NCBI GenBank assembly: GCA_043826455.1
Contig: JBDRQD010000048.1
Coordinates: forward strand, 160,001 to 224,000
Source of the DNA: Candidatus Bathyarchaeota archaeon
Lineage (GTDB): Archaea; Thermoproteota; Bathyarchaeia; TCS64
DNA length: 64,000 nt
Direction of reading: 5' to 3'
A program made the position numbers and the translations under genes. Shown one piece after another: positions 56,378 through 64,000 of this stretch. The notes under the pieces were generated by a model that saw only the letters and a program-made list of their open reading frames with translations, searched no databases and had not been told where the DNA came from. How positions within the stretch are numbered: position 1 is the stretch's first letter; each line of letters begins with the position of its first letter.

Positions 56378-57544
56378 CTACCTTCTGTTGAACACTGTGA
56401 GGCCTATGAAGGCTGCCGCAGCCAGGGCCCCGCTGTACAGGCTGGAGACCCATAGGCCCTGGGTCTGCCACAGGGCGCCCACAACGGAGTTGGCCACCAG
56501 GAAAGCTGTCCCCACCACCAGGTAGTAGAGGCCGTAGGCGGTGCCCCTGAGCCCGGCCTCCACGTAGCCCGGGACCAGGGCCCGCTGAACCGTCTCCACC
56601 ACACCGACGTAGGCACCGAAGACCGCCGCCGCCACGTAGGCCGAGACTACAAGCCTGGGGCTTAGAGCCAGCAGCGCGACTGAAGCCAGGAACACTAGGT
56701 AGCCGTAAGATAGAACCTTCTCCTTGCCCACCCTGTCCGCCAGCCTACCAGCCGGGATGGCCACTAGGGTGTGGGCGACGTTCACCACCGCGTACACCAC
56801 CGGGATGAGGGCGTCCCCCACCCCCATCTCCTTGGCGTTAAGCAGAATGAAGCTGAAGTTGAAGGCCCCTAGGCTGAACATGGCGACTATGCCTAGCAGC
56901 ACCAGGAACCTGCCCCTGGCCACCTCCCTCAGCCCCTGAAGGAACCTGAACTCCCTGAGCTCATCGCCCACGATCTCCTTGACGCCGAAGAGGATTATTA
57001 CCAGGGCTATTGTGCCCGGAACCAGTGAGAGCCAGAAGACCTCCCGGACGGTCCAGCCCAGGAACACCATCACGGCGGTCGCCACCAGCGGCCCCACTAT
57101 GGCTCCCGTCTGGTCCAGGGTCCTGTGGAGGCCGAAGGCCTCCCCTCTCCTGCCCGCCGGCACCGAGTCGCTTATCAGGGCGTCCCGGGGCGCTGTCCTT
57201 ATGCCCTTACCCACCCTGTCCGCGACCCTGATGATGAGGGCGTCCGTCACCGTGGAGGCGGCGGCGAAGAAGGGCTTCACCACGTTGGACAGGGCATAGC
57301 CCAAGATGATGAAGGGCTTCCTGCGCCTGAACTTGTCGCTGAAGACACCTGAGACGGCCCTGAGCATGTAGCTGAGGGCCTCCGCCACCCCCTCGATGAA
57401 TCCTAGGGTGGCCACGCTTCCTCCGGGCAGCCCCAGAATGAAGACAGGTAGGATGCTGAACACCATCTCGCTGGACACGTCGGTGAAGAAGCTGACGAAG
57501 CCCAGCATGTACACGTTCCTGATGTCCTCGTTTCCTTCTCCCAT
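56378..57544 (-). CDS. MFS transporter
   Basis: SFFTDVSSEM, GVFSDKFRRRKP, DRVGKGIRTAPRDAL and GRLADRVG motifs. Confidence 0.92.
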   Translation of the reverse strand: MGEGNEDIRNVYMLGFVSFFTDVSSEMVFSILPVFILGLPGGSVATLGFIEGVAEALSYMLRAVSGVFSDKFRRRKPFIILGYALSNVVKPFFAAASTVTDALIIRVADRVGKGIRTAPRDALISDSVPAGRRGEAFGLHRTLDQTGAIVGPLVATAVMVFLGWTVREVFWLSLVPGTIALVIILFGVKEIVGDELREFRFLQGLREVARGRFLVLLGIVAMFSLGAFNFSFILLNAKEMGVGDALIPVVYAVVNVAHTLVAIPAGRLADRVGKEKVLSYGYLVFLASVALLALSPRLVVSAYVAAAVFGAYVGVVETVQRALVPGYVEAGLRGTAYGLYYLVVGTAFLVANSVVGALWQTQGLWVSSLYSGALAAAAFIGLTVFNRR

Positions 57545-57658
57545 AGCCTCATGTTGGGTGGCAGCCGAGATAATAGTGTATCTTGTTCAAGTCGTGGCCG
57601 TCCCAGATTCGTCAACGTAAAATCTGTGAAGCCCCACCACAGGTATCAGGTGACCACG

Positions 57659-57850
57659 TTGAGCGGTGATGGGGAGAAAGAGTACATCCGCATGGTGGCG
57701 GAGACGGCTAGAACCATGTGGGGCGAGGAGACGGTGAAACAGTTCATGGACCACATCGAGAGGACGGCCAAGGCGGTCTACGAGGTGGGCAGCTACCCTC
57801 TGGAGGCCTCAGCCGAGCCGGTGACCAAGATGAGGCCGGAGGCAGCGTGA
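57659..57850 (+). CDS. small helical amidase partner (GatC/AtzG-like), 63 aa
   Basis: GGTGA RBS plus TTG start; PL...EP C-terminus; TGATG overlap with the amidase. Confidence 0.6.
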   Translation: MSGDGEKEYIRMVAETARTMWGEETVKQFMDHIERTAKAVYEVGSYPLEASAEPVTKMRPEAA

Positions 57851-59166
57851 TGGAGGCCTACACGCTGTCCCTTGCCGAAGCCGCCCGGCTCATGAGGAAC
57901 GGAATGCTGACCCCCACACGCCTCGCCGAGTCCCTCCTAGATAGGATCGATGAGCTTGAGCCCGTGGTGGAGGCCTGGGTCACCGTGGACAGGGAGAAGG
58001 TCATGGAGGAGGCCGAGGAGGCCACCAAGGAGATCACCGACGGAGTTTTCAGGAGCCCCCTCCACGGCATCCCCGTGGGTGTGAAGGACATCTACTACAC
58101 GGAGGGCACCCTCACCACCATGGGGTCACCGCTGTTCGCGGGGTTCGTCCCGGACCGCGACGCCGACATAGTGAAGGCCCTCAAGAGGGCGGGGGCCATC
58201 ATTCTGGGCAAGACGGAGACCACCGAGTTCGCTTTACACGACCCCGCCCCGACGAGGAACCCCTGGAACACGGGGCACACCCCCGGGGGAAGCAGCAGCG
58301 GCTCAGCGGCCGCCGTCTCCTGCGGCATGGCGCCCCTGGCCTTCGGGAGCCAGACGGGGGGCAGCGTTGTACGCCCCGCCAGCTACTGCGGCACCGTGGG
58401 GTACAAGTGCACCTATGACCTCCTCAGCAGGGGAGGCGTCTACCCCCTCAGCTGGAGCCTGGACCACATAGGCTTCATGACCCGGACCGTGGAGGACGCC
58501 TTGATCACCCTGAGGACCCTACGCCCCGACCTCTCCGACGGGCCCCAGACGGGCAAGCCGCCGAGGCTGGGCCTCCTGAGCGGCTACTTCAAGGAGAACG
58601 CGTCCGAGGAGGTTTGGCCTGGCTTCGAGAGAGCCGTGGGCAAGCTCTGGGGCGAGGGAGCCCAGGTTGTGGACGTGAAGCTGCCTGAGAGCTTCAGGAT
58701 GGTGCCCAGCGTCCACAGGGTCATCATGGCGGTGGAGACGGCGGCGGCCCACGAGGACATGTTCAGGGAGAGGGCCGACGAGTACCGGGAGTACCTGAGG
58801 GGCTTCATATCCAGCGGCCTCCTGGTCCCAGCCACCGCCTACCTGCGGGCCCAACGGATCAGGGGTCAGATCATCAGCGACGTGGTCAAGCTGCTGGAGG
58901 GCTACGACTGCCTCATATGTCCCTCCACCGTGGACACGGCCCCTCGGGGGCTACAGTGGACCGGAAGTCCGGCCTTCAACTCCCCCTGGAGCCTCACGGG
59001 GCTGCCCACGGTCACGGTGCCCTCAGGCCTGAGCGGAGAGGGGCTGCCTCTGGGCCTCCAGCTTGTAGGCCGGCCCTACGATGACATCGGCCTCTTCAGG
59101 GTGGCGGCCTGGTGCGAGAAGACCCTGGAGTTCCCCACGGGCCCAAAGGACCCTCACACACCTTAA
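57850..59166 (+). CDS. amidase-signature family enzyme (GatA/AtzE-like)
   Basis: HGIPVGVKD, GKT...EFA, PGGSSSGSAA and GSQTGGS.VRPA motifs. Confidence 0.93.
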   Translation: MEAYTLSLAEAARLMRNGMLTPTRLAESLLDRIDELEPVVEAWVTVDREKVMEEAEEATKEITDGVFRSPLHGIPVGVKDIYYTEGTLTTMGSPLFAGFVPDRDADIVKALKRAGAIILGKTETTEFALHDPAPTRNPWNTGHTPGGSSSGSAAAVSCGMAPLAFGSQTGGSVVRPASYCGTVGYKCTYDLLSRGGVYPLSWSLDHIGFMTRTVEDALITLRTLRPDLSDGPQTGKPPRLGLLSGYFKENASEEVWPGFERAVGKLWGEGAQVVDVKLPESFRMVPSVHRVIMAVETAAAHEDMFRERADEYREYLRGFISSGLLVPATAYLRAQRIRGQIISDVVKLLEGYDCLICPSTVDTAPRGLQWTGSPAFNSPWSLTGLPTVTVPSGLSGEGLPLGLQLVGRPYDDIGLFRVAAWCEKTLEFPTGPKDPHTP

Positions 59167-59197
59167 TCATATATTTATAGCCACGTTTCTTCATGGT

Positions 59198-59563
59198 ATG
59201 AGCGGCAAGCTTCTCTTCGTGTTCCAGACCGGTCCCGAGAACATGTACAATGTGCTCTGGGGCCTCCGCATGGCCAAGAATACTTGGATTCATCCATACG
59301 GGGATGAGCGCCTTGAATCCGTCAAGGTCCTGCTGTTTGGGAGAGGCGTCAGCCTCCTTAACCCCAAGCTACCTGAGACCCCGGAGTACGAGGAGAGCAT
59401 CCTCGAAATCGTGGACGCGGGCGTTGAGGTATCTGCCTGCATATCCATTGCTGAGCCTCAGGGGCTGGTGGGTGAAGCTGAAAACCTTGGAGTAAGGCTG
59501 GTGCATGCGTCTCAGTACTTGATCGATAGGGTGAACGAGGGATACACAATCATGAATTTTTAG
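59198..59563 (+). CDS. DsrE-like protein
   Basis: VKVLLFGRGV, GVEVSAC and GYTIMNF motifs. Confidence 0.75.
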   Translation: MSGKLLFVFQTGPENMYNVLWGLRMAKNTWIHPYGDERLESVKVLLFGRGVSLLNPKLPETPEYEESILEIVDAGVEVSACISIAEPQGLVGEAENLGVRLVHASQYLIDRVNEGYTIMNF

Positions 59564-60005
59564 CGTCCCGCCAGTAAGACTTCTCCCAAGGCTCCGGGGG
59601 CCCCTCCACTACGCGGAACATGGGGTGAGGCTCCAATGTCTCAGCCTTCTGGTTCTCCTCTAACTTGGCCGGGTCACGCCTCGCAAGCCTCTCGTTGAGT
59701 ATCCTGTACTCGTACTCCAACTGACCCCACGTCAAGCGCACATGCTCCACGGCGTCCACAGGCTCAAGAATCTTGGAGAAGTCGTACCTGTAGCCCCTCC
59801 TGCGGCTCTCCCTGTGAACCTCAACCAGGTAGAAGCCCACAGCCTTCAGGGGCTCCACGTGGCCCTTGAACCTGTCCAGTTGGGGGTGGTTCCTCCACCC
59901 CCTGGTTCCACCCAGGAGCACCCTCTGAGCCAAGAGAGTCTCCCTCCAGAGGGCGCCCAACCCCTTCCAGTCCAGGTACCTGGGATGGATGGACCAGATG
60001 CGCAT
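59550..60005 (-). CDS. pyrimidine-dimer DNA glycosylase / T4 endonuclease V-like protein
   Basis: MRIWSIHPRYLD.KGL.ALWRE.LLAQ, NHPQL.RF and RRGY.YD motifs. Confidence 0.88.
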   Translation of the reverse strand: MRIWSIHPRYLDWKGLGALWRETLLAQRVLLGGTRGWRNHPQLDRFKGHVEPLKAVGFYLVEVHRESRRRGYRYDFSKILEPVDAVEHVRLTWGQLEYEYRILNERLARRDPAKLEENQKAETLEPHPMFRVVEGPPEPWEKSYWRDAKNS

Positions 60006-60014
60006 GGCCGGCGC

Positions 60015-60791
60015 CTACAGAGGGGTCTTGATCTCCTCGCCGTTCATCAGCGCGGAGACCTCTATGAGGTCCCGGAGCCCGCTGGACGCCAGCTTCCTGC
60101 CTATGACCTGCTCGATCTGGAATATGCCCGCCGGGTTCTCCATGTGGACCCTGATGCCCACGGGCTTCAAGTCGCCTCTCACCAGCTCCACCCTCTTTAT
60201 GGCGAGGGCGGAGACGCTGTGGATGTCGTTCTTTCCCCCCTTGAAGGGCTCCCTGGAGCGACCCTCAGCCATGTCCGTGCCGTCCGCCACGGTGACTATG
60301 CCCGCCTCGACGCTGAGGCACGGCACCTTGTCGTCGCTGGCGTATATGGTGTGCAGCGTCTCCGATTTCACCCTGTACATGAGCCCCGGATCCTCGCTGT
60401 ATAGGGAGGGGAGCAGCCTGTCCAGTATAGGCGCAGCCAGGTACACGCTGATAGCCTCATGCCCCACCCTGTGCACAGCGTTGCCCACGTCGTGAAGGTA
60501 TGCTCCGCAGAGCACGGCCGCCCTAGCGTCCTCGTAACTGAGGCCGCTCTGGGCCACGCTGGATGGCTCCACGGCCCTGGTTATCAGGTCAAATATCTCC
60601 AGGGCGCTCCCCGCTGTTATCCTGGCGTGGGTGGGGCCGTGGTCGTTGTAGCTGAGCCTCTGGACGGCCATCACATTGGCCATCCTCAGGAGGCTCTGGA
60701 CCTCGACGTCGTTCTCCAAGAGGCTGTAAACCCTTGAGATTTTTGGGTCGGAGAGGTGTCTGTGGATGAGCCGGTTGTTGACTGCGACCAA
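60015..60791 (-). CDS. HD-domain phosphohydrolase
   Basis: YNDHG..H, LHDVGN.VHR..H, ADGTD...GRSR and IHSVSA motifs. Confidence 0.9.
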   Translation of the reverse strand: MVAVNNRLIHRHLSDPKISRVYSLLENDVEVQSLLRMANVMAVQRLSYNDHGPTHARITAGSALEIFDLITRAVEPSSVAQSGLSYEDARAAVLCGAYLHDVGNAVHRVGHEAISVYLAAPILDRLLPSLYSEDPGLMYRVKSETLHTIYASDDKVPCLSVEAGIVTVADGTDMAEGRSREPFKGGKNDIHSVSALAIKRVELVRGDLKPVGIRVHMENPAGIFQIEQVIGRKLASSGLRDLIEVSALMNGEEIKTPL

Positions 60792-60827
60792 TGTTATCCT
60801 GTCTATCTTGGGGGCCGCGTCATATAA

Positions 60828-61514
60828 TCAGTTGCGTTTGGGCAGCGTGAAGGTGAAGGTGGTGCCCTCACCCAGCTCAGATACGTAACCTATGGTTCCC
60901 CCGTGGGCCTCCACGATCCTCTTTGCAGCCGGGAGGCCCAGCCCTTTACCGTTCTTCAACCTAGACATGAAGGGGACGTAGATCAACTCCCTCATGTCCT
61001 CACTGATGCCGCAGCCGGTGTCACTGATAGCCACCTCTACAATGTCACCCGCGTCCCTAATCCGGACGCCGAGCTCTCCGCCGTCTGGCATGGCGTCCAG
61101 GGCGTTCTGCATAAGCTTCTTGAAGACGAGGGCCACCTTGGTGGGGTCCATGAGGAAGCTGGGCAGTTCCTCTATCTGGGCCACCGTCTTCACGTTCTCC
61201 GGCACCTGCAGCTCAGCGGCAGCCAACTCGTAGGGCTTCACTAGGTTGGCCTCCACAAGCTTGAGCTGGTGACCCTTATAGTAGTCCCTGAAGTTGTCCA
61301 GGATGTCGGTGGTCTGCCTCAGGCTCAGCTTTATCATCTCGTAGAACAGCGGGTTCCCGGGGCTCCTCTCCAACAGGAAGAGGGCGTTCTGGATGGTCTG
61401 GAGGGGGCTCCTCAGGTCGTGGGCCAGCCCCGACGATATCTGACCCATCTCCTCTATGAGCCTCCGCTCAAACTCACCGCTATCTAAGCTATCCTTCTTG
61501 CCCTCGCACGCCAA
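60828..61514 (-). CDS. histidine kinase (HisKA plus HATPase only)
   Basis: AHDLRSPL, NALDAM, DTGCG, GKGLGL and GTTF boxes. Confidence 0.9.
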   Translation of the reverse strand: MACEGKKDSLDSGEFERRLIEEMGQISSGLAHDLRSPLQTIQNALFLLERSPGNPLFYEMIKLSLRQTTDILDNFRDYYKGHQLKLVEANLVKPYELAAAELQVPENVKTVAQIEELPSFLMDPTKVALVFKKLMQNALDAMPDGGELGVRIRDAGDIVEVAISDTGCGISEDMRELIYVPFMSRLKNGKGLGLPAAKRIVEAHGGTIGYVSELGEGTTFTFTLPKRN

Positions 61515-61582
61515 GCCTAAGGCCTCAGACAGAGTAAAACCACTGAAAGGTATTTCATTTTATGGAGTGTGGATAGCGACCA

Positions 61583-62326
61583 CTACTCCCTTCTGTAGCA
61601 TGTGGTGTGGGGGAGCCTGATCTCGGGCACTATCACCTCGGGCAGGTTCAGGTCTTTGTGGCTGGCTATGGTGGCCATGAGGTCGGCCACCGTCTCAGGC
61701 CTGAGCAGCGCCTCCTTGACGGCGTTGGGGGTGGCCTCCCACCTCATGGGGGTGTCCATGGGGGCTGGGCACACCACGTGGACGCCTACGCCGTCCTTCT
61801 GGTGCTCGCTGGCCAGGGCCTTGCTGAAGCCGACGACAGCCATCTTGCTGGCCTTGTATAGGCTTATGATGCCTCCGCCCGGGTACCAGAGGCCGGCCTG
61901 GCTGGCCACGTTGAAGATGTGGCCTCCGCCCTGCTTAATCATGTGGGGGAGCACCGCCCTGCATGTCAGGTAGATGCTCTTCATGTTTGTGTCGAAGAGG
62001 TGGTTATAGTCCTCCTCGGTGGTCTCAAGGGTGGGCTTGATGAGCCAGTCCCCCTGAGTGTTCACAAGAGTGTCGATCCTGCCGAACCTGTCCACCACAG
62101 TTTTCACCAGCCCTTCAACCTGGTCCGCCTCCGTTGCGTCGGTTGGGATAGCTAGGCCTCTCCTTCCGAGCTTCCTCACCTCGGCAGCCACCTCATCTAT
62201 CTCAGGTTTAGTGCGCGCGGCGACCGCCACATCTGCTCCCTCCTCGGCGAACTTGATGGCGGTGGCTCTCCCCAGACCGCGTCCACCACCCACAATCAAA
62301 GCTACGTGGTCCTCTAGCCTACCCAT
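61583..62326 (-). CDS. short-chain dehydrogenase/reductase
   Basis: Own ATG at 62326 (MGRLEDHVALIVGGGRGLG); NVAS and YKASK catalytic motifs. Confidence 0.9.
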   Translation of the reverse strand: MGRLEDHVALIVGGGRGLGRATAIKFAEEGADVAVAARTKPEIDEVAAEVRKLGRRGLAIPTDATEADQVEGLVKTVVDRFGRIDTLVNTQGDWLIKPTLETTEEDYNHLFDTNMKSIYLTCRAVLPHMIKQGGGHIFNVASQAGLWYPGGGIISLYKASKMAVVGFSKALASEHQKDGVGVHVVCPAPMDTPMRWEATPNAVKEALLRPETVADLMATIASHKDLNLPEVIVPEIRLPHTTCYRRE

Positions 62327-62968
62327 GATCCCCAAGGGGCGGCTATGTGATTTAAGATCGATGCGCGGGTCAACGAGGCTGCCTCCGCCCCCGCTGGTGC
62401 ATATCTTGATGAAGTCCACGCTCATCCTTAGCTGCTCCCTGACCGCCTTCAGGCACTCGTCCACGCCGTCCGCGATCCTCCCGTCCATGCCCCACCCGAA
62501 AGGACGGCCCTCCTTCACCCACTCCAGAGGCAGGCTGTGGGTGTCCCCGTGGCCGCCGGTCACGGACATGTAGCGGCCCGCCGCCAGTATCCTTGGCCCG
62601 TCAACTATGCCGGCGCGGACCGCATTCCTGACATGGAGCCCCACGAGGCCGCCGGTGTCCATCACCGAGGTTATCCCGGCGTCCAGGAGTTGCCTGGTCT
62701 GGACGACGGCGGCCCTTATGAGCCTGGTCTCGAAGGCCTCTCTCTGGAGGCCGGGTGTCGCCGTGTCGCTGCCTGTGAAGTGGACGTGGCAGTCTACAAG
62801 TCCCGGCATGAGGGTGCACCCTGACGCGTCGTGCACAGCCGCGCCGCTTGGAATTTTGACCTTTCCTCTGCTCCCCGCCTCCTTTATGACCCCGTTCTGG
62901 ATAAGCACAACGGGGTTCTCTATAATCCTCTCAGCGTCAATAAGTCTGCTGCCCAGAATAGCTTCCAT
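62327..62968 (-). pseudogene. 3'-truncated metal-dependent amidohydrolase reading in frame into the SDR
   Basis: PGLVDCHVH, AGITSV.D, GPRI, TGGHGD, DFIKICTSGG; amidohydrolase-like sequence ends after ~200 aa and the later His/His/Asp ligands are missing. Confidence 0.8.
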
Positions 62969-63082
62969 GGTATGGACTCGTGGTAAGCCGATTTAAAACG
63001 TTGGCACGAGGTATTTGGCCTGGGCACGCCCCCCTAACAATAATCTTTTACGATTAAATGGCTAGTAAATGTCGGGGGTTCT

Positions 63083-64000
63083 ATGAGGCTGAGGCGGGGC
63101 GCCACCGCGCTCCTTCTGTTCATTATCCTTTTAAATCCGTTACCCGTGTACGCGGGGCACTTCTTCGAGTCCAACCAGGTTGAGGACGACTCCGGGGACA
63201 CCTATAACTTCGAGAGGTGCTTCAACGAGGGTATCCTTGAGCCCCAGCCTATGGAGCTGGACATCCAAAGAGTGGAAGCCGTCGCCGTGGAAACGTTGGA
63301 CGGCTCAGGGGCCGATGAGATATATGTGGAGATCACCCTCAACATGCCGCCTCTGCCCCACATGTCCTACACCATCGAGTTCGGCCTGGACGTGGACAGG
63401 GACCCCACCACCGGAGCGTCCCAGCCCGCCGCCTTCTACAGCGGCCTCGGGGTCGACTACGACGTGGGCGTCGAGGTGCTCACGGGCGTCATCGCCTCCA
63501 CGTGGGTGGACAGGTACGAGGCCGGCTCCTGGGTTAGACTCGGCGAGACAGCTTACAAAATAGTGAATAACAAGGTCCGGATCGGTCTGCCCCTGGGCCT
63601 CATCCCCCACCCAATGGACGCCTCCGGTATAGTCTTCCTCATCAGGGACGGGGGCCTCGACATTACGCCCGGCGTGATAGCCCGGTTCCACTACACGCCC
63701 GAGGCCCGGATCACGGAGGCGCCCCCGCTGGGCGAGGGGTCAGAGTATCCTCTCGACGCCTCGGAGTCAGCGACGAGGTACGGAGGCTTCAGCCTCTACG
63801 AGTGGGACCTGGACGGCGACGGCGTCTACGACGAGTCCAGCGGCGACCCCACGTACACTGCCCTCTTCCCGAGGGACGGCGAGTACACGGTCACCGTGAG
63901 AGTGACCGACGCAGAGGGCTTCACAGGCACCCACACCCAGACGGTTACCGTCCTGAATCTGCCCCCCACCAGCCTCGAGGCCGGGTACACAGGCGAGGCC
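63083..64000 (+). CDS. secreted PKD-domain protein (runs off the window end), not in ORF track
   Basis: MRLRRGATALLLFIILLNPLPVYA signal peptide; LDASES...YEWDLDGDG...GEYTVTVRVTD PKD motif; frame open to 64000. Confidence 0.85.
   Translation, partial: MRLRRGATALLLFIILLNPLPVYAGHFFESNQVEDDSGDTYNFERCFNEGILEPQPMELDIQRVEAVAVETLDGSGADEIYVEITLNMPPLPHMSYTIEFGLDVDRDPTTGASQPAAFYSGLGVDYDVGVEVLTGVIASTWVDRYEAGSWVRLGETAYKIVNNKVRIGLPLGLIPHPMDASGIVFLIRDGGLDITPGVIARFHYTPEARITEAPPLGEGSEYPLDASESATRYGGFSLYEWDLDGDGVYDESSGDPTYTALFPRDGEYTVTVRVTDAEGFTGTHTQTVTVLNLPPTSLEAGYTGEA

Noticed and set aside
57659..59166. gatC-gatA of the tRNA-dependent amidotransferase
   Set aside because: No gatB nearby, and the amidase has SQTGGS and lacks clear GatA-specific segments
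1..64000. CRISPR array, rRNA, tRNA, integrase or transposase
   Set aside because: No regularly spaced repeats, cloverleaf or rRNA signatures, or recombinase motifs recognised by eye; a weak or intron-split tRNA could have been missed

Overview
A GC-rich, gene-dense archaeal chromosomal window. radB, carS (CDP-archaeol synthase), the XPD helicase, GGTGA ribosome-binding sites and TATA-like promoters mark it as archaeal; gene style suggests Bathyarchaeia, which is my inference. Main contents: (1) a six-gene Ech [NiFe]-hydrogenase operon whose EchD subunit is fused to a GltD/DsrL-like FAD/NAD(P)H oxidoreductase; (2) a complete bacterial-type NHEJ set (LigD polymerase, Ku, ligase-phosphoesterase fusion); (3) an unannotated 48-aa peptide with four Cys-Cys pairs, lying between a Cys-Cys-bearing GntP permease and a Cys-Cys-bearing Lrp regulator; (4) a five-gene cluster with two tubulin/FtsZ-superfamily proteins (an 889-aa one with a long coiled-coil insert and a degenerate one), two membrane proteins with helical cytoplasmic tails and one soluble partner; (5) a six-gene peptidoglycan amino-sugar salvage operon (murK-like, murQ, unknown glycoside hydrolase, namZ, nagA, anmK) in an organism that should not make peptidoglycan; (6) a candidate ~140-nt structured ncRNA, several small ORFs missed by the ORF track, a vapBC-type module and three apparently broken genes. 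I found no rRNA, tRNA, CRISPR array or transposase. All protein calls come from motif recognition by eye; no database searches were run.
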